Under the pieces are notes generated by a model. The model saw only the letters and a program-made list of their open reading frames with translations. It did not search any database and had not been told where the DNA came from. Position numbers and translations under genes: made by a program. Below, piece after piece: positions 14,201 through 26,578 of a stretch of DNA of 49,502 bases. The stretch is from Octopus bimaculoides (Eukaryota): assembly GCF_001194135.2 (NCBI RefSeq), contig NC_068993.1, positions 43,768,485 through 43,817,986 of the forward strand, in the 5' to 3' direction. Each line of letters starts with the position of its first letter. The stretch's first letter is position 1.

Positions 14201-16898
14201 CAAGCTCTAATTAAGTTTTAGAACTACCCAGTCTCTAAGCTGAAATTCCAAGTATCACGTGCTCTGCAACTATTTCAATACATAAATCCACTTATGAAAG
14301 AGAGGGGAAAATTCACTAATAGATGACCATTGTTTGTATAACAAATGTTTTTGGATCATTTACACCCACCCCCACCCACAGCCTATTTTCTTGACTCATC
14401 CCTTAAAGAGGCTAAGGTACAAACAATAATATCTTCCATACCCACCACCTAGCCACTCCAATTTCTCTCCCCATCACTTGCTATCTCTAAATATCTTCCC
14501 TTACATTCTTATAGAAGAACATTCTCTCTATCTCCTCTGTACTACTTATATTCCCCACCACTGTTCCGTGGGTATGTCCACCCACTCTCTCTCTCTCTGA
14601 CTTGTTTCTCTCTCCCACCTCCGTCTGCTTCCTTGTCCAACTGAGGTTGCCAAGTATCTCTTCTATCCCTCTATCATACTCCAAACTCTCACCTGGCACA
14701 CAGCCACTTTTCTCAGTCCCACTCCCTCTCACAGCTGAGAGATCCTTATCTTGTAAGCTACTTGGTAACCCCATGGGTGCTGGTGCCACATAAAAAGTAC
14801 TCATGCTGGTGCCACATAAAAAGCACCTGTGCTGGCGTCATGTAAAAAGCACCCATGCTAGCGCCATGTAAAAAACACTCATGCTGGCACCATGTAAAAA
14901 GCTCCCATGCTGGTATCACATAAAAAGCACCCAGTATACTCCGGGTTGCAATTAGAAAGGGTATCCAGCCAGAAAAACCATGCCAAAACAGACAACTGGA
15001 GCCTCATACAACTCTCTGATCTGCCAGCTCTTGTCAAACCACCCTACTTATGCCAGAATGGAAAACAGATGCTTAATGAGGATGATGATGATGATGATAA
15101 TGACGACGATGGTGTTATGATTATGATACTCACAAATTGATCAGTGATAACACAAGTGGCAATCAGTCAAAGATTCTGTTCGTTATATTTTTCAGTTACT
15201 TTATAAACTGATCATATGCTATTAAATTTTGCTCCAAATATTTTTTCAAACATGAAATGATATCAATATGGGTGTTGAAAATTTGGGAGGTGTCATTTGA
15301 GTAAATTAGGGAGGGGGAGGGTTATCTTGGAATGAAACCTATTTTCCCAATATGTTCTACTATTATTCATTTATCACCAATTCTTTTAACATGGTGTCCA
15401 TTTTTGTAACCAAACATCCACAATAAACAAGGAAAGCTGTACAAAAAACAACAAACATTGTTTACTCAGTCTACTCAAAATGTATTATTGAATCATTTAG
15501 ACCAAAACAAAAAGAAAAAAAATCCTTACCATTTTGGGTACCCCAGCCTTTTTCACTGTAGCTGGCTCTGCTGTCTTGCTAGCAGGAGATTCTGAAGAGT
15601 TTACTTTTGACAAGACAGAAGGTGTAGTGGTAGTTGTAGTAGTGGTTGTCGTAGATGTTACAGAGGTGGTTTTTGTCTTAATAGCTGCAGGGTTGAATAC
15701 TGTTTTTGTTAAGTGGCCCACTGAGGACGTGTAGACAACTGCCTGCAAACAGTTGGAAGGAAACTTTGACAAATATGCGACACAATGCAAGTGTCATTTA
15801 AATGATTGTCATGTTGTTTTAACAATGTTGGCAGCACATTTGTATAAGATATATAATGGTTTATGAAGGTGGCAGATTAATGAATTAGTCATATTATTTA
15901 ATTAGTTTTTTCTATTGCTGTTTTACATTTTTTTTCCATGCATATGAAAATATAGGATTCTATGGGGGAAACAGTCAATGTAGAAAAGAAGGTGACAATA
16001 AGGGTCTCACCAAGCCAAACACATACAAGCAAATAACAAATAAAACATTGAAATAAAAACAATTTTAAAATAATTGTATTTACCTTCTCTCCAGATTCAG
16101 TTTTCTTTGGTCCTGTATTATCAAGACTGAGCAAGTTAGGGGCTGGAATACCCAACCTTGCTTTTACTGGCATTCGGTGATCTGAAGCTGTGTTTGCAGC
16201 AGTGGAAGACACTGGGGCTGTGGAATCAGCCTGGAAAATGAAATTGGTAGAATGTATAAAAACAAAAGAACTGTACTTAGCAAACAGATTTGCATATGAT
16301 ATTATGAAGGTGTCACACATGTAAGATAACTACCACACCAATATGAGGAGGCTTCTAATTAATTCTCAAACTACACTCTCCAGGAAGGATATGTTGGACA
16401 GTCCTAGATATGAAATGTCTGAGAGAGAGAGAAAGCTGAAACACTTTTCATTATAGGTCTCCTTCATTAGATTTGGTAGGTTATAGACCCTTAGTGATGA
16501 ACAGTGAAATTTTTTTCAGTCACTTTGATTATACATCCGTATAAACATGGCATACAATAATAAATTGACACCTTTCTTAGCACCTTTTTACTCAACTGTA
16601 ACATAGAAACAGAACCTGCTTTTATCAGTTAGGCAAACAAATGCAAATAGACTTATAAATCTTGCATTAAGGCACAGCAGACGGCTACCATAAAATTTGA
16701 GACTTAATAATGTGTATCACCACTGTTGAATAACCACATTTTCATACCAGCTTGGGAAGAACAAGTCTTACACTGTTGTATTCTTATTCATTGCAGTCCT
16801 TCATCATCTACCATACACAAAAGAAAACAGGTGTTTCTCATGTTTTTGATATGATTTTTACTGCTAGATGTCCACCCGCTTCTATCATTAATCATTTT

Positions 16899-16958
<60 letters not shown>

Positions 16959-19900
16959 TAAATATACACATATACATCATAAAGTAATGTTGCTAAACTA
17001 TATAGCACAACTATAGTTTAGAACAGACATTGCATTCTAATCTTGAAGACAACGGTCTATTTTTGTTGTCAACAGGAAAAGAATTTGGTCATAGAATGAA
17101 TCTCATTTGATCTATGTAAGCATGGAAATGCAATGCAAACATTCACACAACTATATATATATATATATATGAATCTCACATAATACAAACAAAATTGTTC
17201 AAAAGTTGATGAAATAATATTGGTTAATTACTGTTGAGATTGATTTAATTGAATGCAATCCATGTTCATCGTCCTTATTATTATTATTGTTGTTGTTGTT
17301 AAGGAAGAATGGTTACAACACCAGACAAGATGCTTAGCAGTATTTCTTCCAGCCCTTTGCATTCTGAGTTCAAATGCAGCCAAATTCAACTCTGCCATTC
17401 ATCATTTCAGGATCAATAAAGTACCACTTGAGCTCTGAAGTCCATGTAATTGACTTCCCCAACTCTTCAAAATTGCTGGCCTTGTACCAAAATAAGCTAG
17501 CAGAATCATTAGTGTAGCAGAGTGAATGCTTAGCAGTACTTTTTCTGGTTCTTTACATTAGGAGTTCAAAGCTTATCAAAGACAACTTTGCCTTTATCCT
17601 TTTCAACTTGATAAAATAAGTTCCAGTTGAGCATTGGGATCAATGTAATTAACTAACCTCCTACTGCTAAATTTGCTGGCCATGTGCCAAAATATGCAAC
17701 CATAATTATTTTTATTATTAAAATGTCAAGCTGGTAGAATCATTAGCATGATAGACAAAAAGCTTAGCAACATTTCATCCATCTTCACATTCTGCCAAGG
17801 TCAACTTTGCCTTTCATTCTTTCAGGGTTGATAAAATAAGTAGCAGTCAAGTACTGGGGTCGATGAAATCAACTGCCCCTCCCATTGAAACCTTCTGGCC
17901 CTGTGCCAAACTTTAAAACCAATTATTATTATTATTATTATTGAATCTGAGAAACCTTCTTAAAGATCATTTTACTCACAGCTTTTTGCTCAGGTGCTTT
18001 TTCCCGGTGCCAAAATACTTTGATAAATCTGTTATTAAAGACAGGTTCACTACTTCGATATGCCACATTCGCCTGAGTATGGTTCGCAAATGTTATTAAA
18101 GCAGCCTCCAGGTCATTCTCAAATGATACCTAAAGAAACAAAAAAAAAAAATTAATAAATAAACAATGATAATTACAACCATAAAACAAAACTTACAAAA
18201 TAAAACAATTTTTTTACATACATACCCACAAATACTACATACACTTTAAACCACAAGAAAATCCATAAGGAATGGACCCCTCTCAGTTATGCATTATTTG
18301 AGCAGCAATAATACATAAAGAGCAGTGTGTGCCAAAATACCTCACCTCATGTTGCTTTGTGGTCAATTCAACATCTAATTTGTGGCACACCGTGTACCTA
18401 TACGGGCAATGTCAACCTAATGGAAGGTTTGAGCTAATGTGCATATGATCACTATGAACAAATCTGTGTAGATTATTCGGCAAAAATTACAGAACCATCT
18501 TCCTCAGATGAATGACTACCATTAATTAATTAATGCTTTTTAATGGATGCAACTAAACACTACAGTATTTAGTCCAATATCCTATTGCTGGAAGAGTCCT
18601 CTCTCATTAGCTTAATAGTATGGAACCAAAGTCTCTCTATATATATATATATATATATATAAACAATATCAAACACACATATACAAAGTATGTGTATTGC
18701 CAGTTTGTTGGCAGGCTGCGATTTATAGGCAAGAAAGAAAATTTTCTTGCCAATATGTAAAAACACCTAGAAATCATAGACAAGCAAGATAACTCTCACC
18801 AGGTCCTGTTGCAGATGTGGTAGACATTAATGTTTTGTCATCTTTGTGACTTATCAATACCCAAAACAAAGCCAGACGTAAGCTAAATCCCTCGCTATGA
18901 CTATATGCACAATGGTGTGAGAACCATGTGCTGGCATGTCCCAATGTCTCATACCAAGGAAAAAATTCAAATATGAATGAGAAGCAGCCTGAGGAACATA
19001 AACAATATCAAACACACATACACAAGGTGTGTGTATTGCCAGTTGGTGGGCAAGCTGCAATTTATAGGCATAGCAGTTCTTCATGTCCAAAGATTACAAG
19101 GAAGAGTGGTAAGCCCTCAGATGAATGACAGATTCTGGTGCCTTGGGGCAAATAGCAAATATGTAGGCCTTGATAATGACTTTCCGTCTTTGGCATTTTC
19201 CATCTGTTGCAGTTATTCTGGCCTTCTTGAAGTTGCTAACAACTATTTGGATGCAGTCATACCACACCCCACTCTATGAGCTAACATTTCAGCTGACCCT
19301 TTCAATGCTTCCTGGGGAGGGGGGGCCTCTTCTGTCTCTGTTGCCCTGGTTGAGCTTACTGTAGACAACAGCCTTCAGGATTCTGGATTTGTCCATGCAT
19401 AAAAACGTGGCCTGCCCAATAGAACTAAGCAGCAACAAGGGTTCAATGCTTATGACATTGCCTTGCTGGAGGACTTCGTTGTTGGCGATGTGTTACTTCT
19501 ATGAGATGTCCATGATGGAGTGAAGACATCTCTTGACCTGCTTCCTCTACATATATATGTATACAATGCAAGAAAAATATATTAACATGATTTATAAAAA
19601 AAATATTTCCAAAACTTACCTGAATATTTTTTAAAACACCAAACTTTCCAAAATGTTCATTCAATTTGGCAATATTATTCTGATCTCGAGGAATCTTACG
19701 TACTTCAAGTGTAGTATTAAGGTACCTGGGTACCAGTCTTCCGCTGTAGGCACCTGAAGATGAGAAGGAATGTAATATATGTAAAAGATGTACATTCTAC
19801 TGTTAATTAACTACTAATTAGTACTGTCTACTTTAACGATTGTTGTTATGCAATCTTAATAATAAAATAAGGAAAACAAAGGTAAAATAATCAACTTGGG

Positions 19901-22900
19901 GGAGTTAGGTACATACCTCAGATAAACTTAATATAGTGTCCAGTATGATGTGTATACACACACAGATATCATCATCATCATCGTTTAACGCCTGCTTTCC
20001 TTGCTAGCATGGGTTGGACGATTTGATTGAGGACTGGTGAAACCGGATGGCAACACCAGGCTCCAATCTAATTTGGCAGAGTTTCTACAGCTGGATGCCC
20101 TTCCTAACGCCAGCCACTCAGAGAGTGTAATATATATATATATAAATATATCTATGTAATAGTGCATAAGATTTTATACATGGAGAGAAATCCACCATGT
20201 GGATTTCTTACATGCTAAAAAGGGCAGTCAAAATCCATAAGAATCTTTCTTTTTGTGGTATGGGTCTTGACTGCCCATTTTAGCATCTAAGAAATCTGCA
20301 TGGTGGATTTCTCTCAGTGTATAAAATCTTATGCACTATTATATAGAAATATTTATGTCTTCTGACTTTTATTGACACATGTTAACCACTGGTAAAAATC
20401 ATTATTTTTTAATAATTTTTACCCTGTATTTATATATATATATATGTGTGTAAAGTGTGTATAATTATGAATAAATCACAATTATAATGGGTTGCATTAT
20501 TCTTAAGTTTTGAATTTTATGTCATGTTGCCTTTCGACAGCTTTATTGTGAAGAGATAGAATATGAGTGCTTATAGTGGCTTTATTGTGATTTTGACTGC
20601 TATTTCTAGAAATGCAAGGGTTTTTGCAACCCTTTCCATTATAATTGTGATTTTTTCATAACTAGCTTTTAAGCAACTGACCCTGAATGGGAAGACCTGC
20701 AAACAGATCTCTGACTTGTTCAGGAGAATTTGTTGCAATTGCTTTCGGATGATCATATTCATCACAAAAAAATCACCAAAAGCAATCACAGTAATGAAAA
20801 CACAGGAATCCTGTGGAAGAGTAGACGCAGGAAGACCTAAGATGAGGCGGTGAAGCACGACCTTCGAACATTAGGCCTCACTGAGGCAGTCATACCACAC
20901 CCCACTCTGTCACTAGTCATTGCCTCACTGAGGCAATGACTAGTGACCGAGACCTTTGGAAATATGCTGTGCTTGAGAAGACCCGACAAGCCAAGTGAGA
21001 CCATAACCTGTGCTCTATGCCAGTGGTGTAATGTTCTTCATAGTGAATTGGTAGCAGTGAACTTAATTGTAATCGGCTAGATTGACTGCAAAACAAAAGT
21101 TGTCCTTGGAGGGATTCAAACACATTACGTAAATAATATATGGCATTTTGTCCGTCAATTCTGCCACAAGGCCACAAAACTGGAGGGTGGGATTACTTAA
21201 TTAAAGTGGCCCTGGTATTTGACTGGTACTTTATTTTATCAACCCCGAAAGGATGAAAGACAAAGACCATCTTGGTTGAATCTGAACACAGAAACTAAAG
21301 GGTCATATTTAAATACTGCTATGCATTTTGTCCAAACTTAACATCTTTGTCAATTCAATCTCAATTAAAAAATATTACATTTAGAAAAATAGCAAACCTG
21401 GGGGATTTGGTTGGGTACTTTTATTTTGCTGATAATGATGCATTTGTGATGGAGAATGGTGCTTGTGAGCATTATTGGAAGACATGAAGTCTCGTTTAGG
21501 TGGGATCACAGTTCGATTAGTCTCTGGAGCCGATACATTACAAGACTTGTTATCTAAATCTAGAAAGAAAGAAAAATAATTCATTATACAAATTTCATAT
21601 TGGTTTTTATCATGATTAAAAAAAAAAAGTCAATTATTTTGTTACCAAATCACTCAAAACCACTCTTGGATTTTTTTTTAATGTTATAAAAGCACCTACA
21701 CTTTTCAATTCATATTTTAATGAAAATACCAATGTAAATTGTATCACAGAGCAATCAAGAATATAGGATTTCAATAGGTAAAAAAACACCTGTTATGGTA
21801 TAAAATTTGTACATTCAGAATTTGCCCTTGTTCCCCACTTAATTTTTATGGTATTCCACATCATCATCCTCACTTTTCTATGCTTGCATTGGTCAAACAA
21901 AGCTTGTTAAGGTAGGTTTTTTTAGGCTGGATGCTCTTCATGCCACCAACCCTTACTTGTTTCCAGGTAAGTAATATTTCTCCTAATCTTTTGTACAGCA
22001 AACAGCTCAATGGCCAGACATGTTTTTAAGGAAGATTGCACACAAACAACACCCCTTGTTTGAATGGTGACTTTGTTTACAATCAGCATGTAAATGTCAA
22101 AATAAGGGGAAGACACACACACACACACACACACTGGCAATATACCCCCATACTTTAATCTCTCAACACCTGGCATAAAGCCATCTCTCCCCACTCATCT
22201 AACCTATGTGAGCATGGAAAACAGACGTTAGATGATGATGATGATGATGATGATAGTGATGACGACATATGACAAGCCTCAGTATAATTTTCATCTATCG
22301 TTTTTGTCGATAATTTTTTTTTCCTACTCTAGGCACAAGGCCTGAAATTTGTGGGGAGGAGGGCCAGTTGATTAGATTGGCCCCAATACACAACTGGTAC
22401 TTAATTTATCAACTCCAAAAGGATAAAAGGCAAAGTTGACCTCGGCAGAATTTGAACTCAGAACATAAAGACAGACGAAATACCGCTAAGCATTTCGCCC
22501 GGTATGCTAACGTTTCTGCCAGCTCGCCGCCTATTTTTTTTAATCACTAATTAGCCTATTGTTACTAGTAACTGAAGTAGTTTTATAACAAAAATTCCAT
22601 AATGGATTTTATCTAAGAACTCTTCTGTTAAGATGTGTTCTAAAAAATACATCAATATATTTAAATTTACAAAACTAGTCTTAATTCAAAATTTTTAGAA
22701 TTTAATTGAAACACATTTCAGCCAGCAATAATGGCAATGGAATGGTTAATGGGAACACCAGGTAGTGCTTTTATATAACGAAATGAGCACAGTGGGAATG
22801 TCTTTGGATCTTGGGCGGCCTAAATCACGGCTGTCCTCAAGCTAAACAACAACAACTAAAATACAATAAAATGATTCTACTAACTTTGTGGCTTTGAGAT

Positions 22901-25900
22901 ATCAGGAATTGTCGGAACACTGACAAGATCTCTCTGTCTTGGTGGCTGTAAATAAAAAGGTTGGTTTGGACGAGGGGCACCTCTTGGGCCAACCCAAAAT
23001 GATGGTCTAGGAGGATTAATAGCAGGAGCTTCAGGGTTATAACCCTCAGGTTGGTAAGACTCGACTTGAAATTGGAAAACAAAAATGGAAACAGATTATC
23101 AATATATGTAACAGGACAGACAACATATTTGATTATTTTGGGGGTGTTTTTTTAATTCTACAACATTGGACATCTAGTCTGAGTATCTGAGTATCTGAAA
23201 ATAATTTAACCTTGAGAGCCATTTTCAAAGCTAAGTACAGATTACACAAGAGGGCTATGTATTATTGCAAAACTTGAATGAATGTAATTGACTGAGAATA
23301 TTTGCAGTCCTGTAGTGAAGTTGTAAAAAAAGAAAAAAAAGTGGATATTTGTTAAAGGTAATCAATTCTTCTGCCCACCCTAAGATATATAAAATAAAAT
23401 GTACTTAAAATCATAATGCATAAAATATACTGTACTTAAAATTATAATACACAAAATAAAACATTCATAAAATTATAATACATCTTCACCACCATCTCTC
23501 TCTATGTCCTCTCTTTTTCAACTGGGGTAATTATGTTTCTCCTCCACAGCAAGACACCTGTTTCTGTCCCTTTAACTTCTCATCATCTGGCACAAAGCTA
23601 CCTCCCTCAAAACTACATTTCTTTAGTTGAGGGGTTCTTGTCTTGCAAGTTACTAGGTGACCTTGCTGGTGCCATATAAAAAGCACTCAATAAACATTGT
23701 AGAGTGGTTGGTTTTATGAAGGGCATCCAACCATAAAAACCATGCCAAAGCAGACAGTAGAGCCTGGCACAGTACTCTCACTTGACTTGCCAGCTCCTGA
23801 CAACCATTCAACCCATGCCTGCATGGAAAACCGGCGTGATGATGATGATGATAAAATATAGTGTATACAAACAAAAGGGACTTCAGTAACTAATGAAGAT
23901 TTTAAAAGTATAGCTGGCTGAAAGTACTTGCCTTATACACAGATGTATATAAGTGTGTGTGCATGTATATGAATGTGTAGGTTTAAAAAAAAAAAATTTT
24001 TTCTGGTTTATTAACAGATGCTATCACATTGCAAGAATGAATATTTATAATACAAGTAACAAAAATGCTTTTTAGATTGGAGAAAAACAGTTAAAAATGG
24101 GAAAGAATAAAGAAAAGAAAACAGTTAATAATAATTAATGCTTCAAGTACTGTACAAAAACCAAAGCCTGAATCAATTCTAAAAATTTTTTTACATTTGA
24201 AGATGTTATGAGTAAATCCTTTCTAGCTATATTCTTGTTTTGTACAATTTTTATATACATACACCAACACAAATACAATTTTTTTTTCATGTCAAACTTA
24301 CTCCTTTCTTTTAAATAAAATGCAAAGGTGAAAAGGACCTCCAAATGATTTCTCTGTATATTCATTATTTACATAAAGATTATTTGCCAAATAAAAACGT
24401 GGTAGTCCTGATTAATGTGAACGCTTCTGCTATTTAGCCTCAGGAAACATCGTCTCCGGCTGGCTATACAACACACTATCTGTGACCTTATATTTGCAAA
24501 CAAGGGAGTTTAGCATCCCCACTCAACACAAAACAATATCTGAGTATCGCGATTTCTAGGTTCCCTTCATCAGCACAGAATAAGTGTTCGGCTAGAGGTG
24601 GCACTGCTAAATTCTTTTTTTGAAATATAGTCTTCAAAATGACACAGTCACTGATCCAATATTATTTACATGTTATAGAGTTAAGCCAGCAGTTAATGTT
24701 TCACAATATATCAGTTCTGGTACACATGCAGATTTCTGACATTTTTTAATAACCTATAAATGCTTAAATCCAAATTAACTTTCACTTCCTGATAATCTTC
24801 AAACAGGCCTAAGCCAAAAGTAATATTTTCAGTCCAACGTACATAATTTTATTAACAACTTGGCCTTACCTGGTCTTGTGGGTCTTGGTGGTGGACCTCT
24901 GGGTCCTATTTGGGGCATATGTGGAGGCCCAAGTGGAGGTATTCTGGGTCCTATGAACCCAGGAGCACCATGAGTAGAAGGTGGCCCTAAAAAAAATTAA
25001 AATAACAAGTGAACACTACTTTTTTACATAACATTTAGTTCAATGGGTTTTTAGTGTCTTCCAATTAAATATTATCCAGAATCATTACTATTAACACCAC
25101 ATTAGCTTTTTTTATCTAATGGGCTACCAAAAAGAAAATAAGCCAACTGCTTGCTTTCCATTTAATTTCATAGTTTTTGTTCTGAAATTTGAATACATAT
25201 GCAAATTTAAAACTAAACTCTCAGACAATTATAACAATAATGATTTCTTTTCAGTTATATATGTTGAAAGAGATTGCAAGGAACAAGCAACTGAAATTTA
25301 AACTTTTCCTAATGTATGCAAGCTAGCAGGGCTAGCTCTCAGCACTCTAATTTTTTCACAGTGAATGTATCAGGCCACTCTGGACACTTATTTGTCTACC
25401 ATGGATGAAACGTATGATGTTTATATAGAAAACTTAAGACATTTTGTATTTTTCCAGGTAGTTCACTATATATCTACATAGTATAAGCAGAGTCAATGAA
25501 TCAGGTGTACAGATTCATGTGGAGGCGCAATGGCCCAGTGGTTAGGGCAGCGAACTTGCGGTCATAGGATCACGGTTTCGATTCCCAGACCGGGCGTTGT
25601 GAGTGTTTATTGAGCGAAAACACACATAAAGCTCCACGAGGCTCCGGCAGGGGATGGTCGTGAACCCTGCTGTACTCTTCCACCACAACTTTCTCTCACT
25701 CTTACTTCCTGTTTCTGTCATGCCTGTAATTCAATGGGTCAGCCTTGTCACACTGTGTCACGCTGAATCTTCCTGAGAACTACGTTAAGGGTACACATGT
25801 CTGTGGATTGCTCAGCCACTTGCACATTAATTTCACGAGCAGGCTGTTCCATTGATCGGATTGACTGGAACCCTTGACGTCGTAAGCGACGGAGTGCCAA

Positions 25901-26541
25901 CAACAACAGATTCATACAGAGTAACTATGCTCTGCAGAACATAATGGCCCTAACAAAGTCGGAATTCAATGCTTTCCAAAGTCTAAATAATCACTTAACT
26001 GTGCTAAATTGGAGTGGAACCTGTTAGTCAGATATCATATTTAATGAGATAAACAATGCACACTAGTTTCAATAGTCCATATTCAAGGAAAAGAGGTTTT
26101 AGTGCATTAAAGCAAGAAATATAGGCCCAACTTCACTTATAAAATCCAGGATGATTTTTTTTGAGACATTTGTGGGTGAGGGGGAACTGTCTTGTATACC
26201 ATCAAATACAGTAAGTAGATTTAACAGATTTTGTAAATTTTGAACTCTTGACCAATGTGGTTTGTATTATAGCTCCTTTATCTTTACAATTATGACAAAG
26301 AAATGCAGAAAATGGTGGAAGTAAAGGAAAATACTCAAATCAACATACCATGACCATGAGGAAAAGATAAAACATTCGGTAAATTCACATCTTCAACTAT
26401 CACAGGGTCCAATCCATGGTCATATGGACAGAGATCACCACGCATGCAGTAGCCTTTCTCTGGTGAAATAAAGTAAAACAAATACATACATATATTTTAT
26501 AGGAATTCATGTAACCCCATGGAAATATCTATTTAATCAAT

Positions 26542-26578
<37 letters not shown>

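Noticed and set aside
14778-14933. Regular 26-bp repeats resembling a CRISPR array
   Set aside because: Units abut with no unique spacers, there are no cas genes, the context is a eukaryotic intron, and the array is internal to an RTE-type repeat.
25519-25595. tRNA gene
   Set aside because: The tRNA-like head continues into a ~300-nt body with tail and TSD and has no clean cloverleaf or terminator; it is a SINE.
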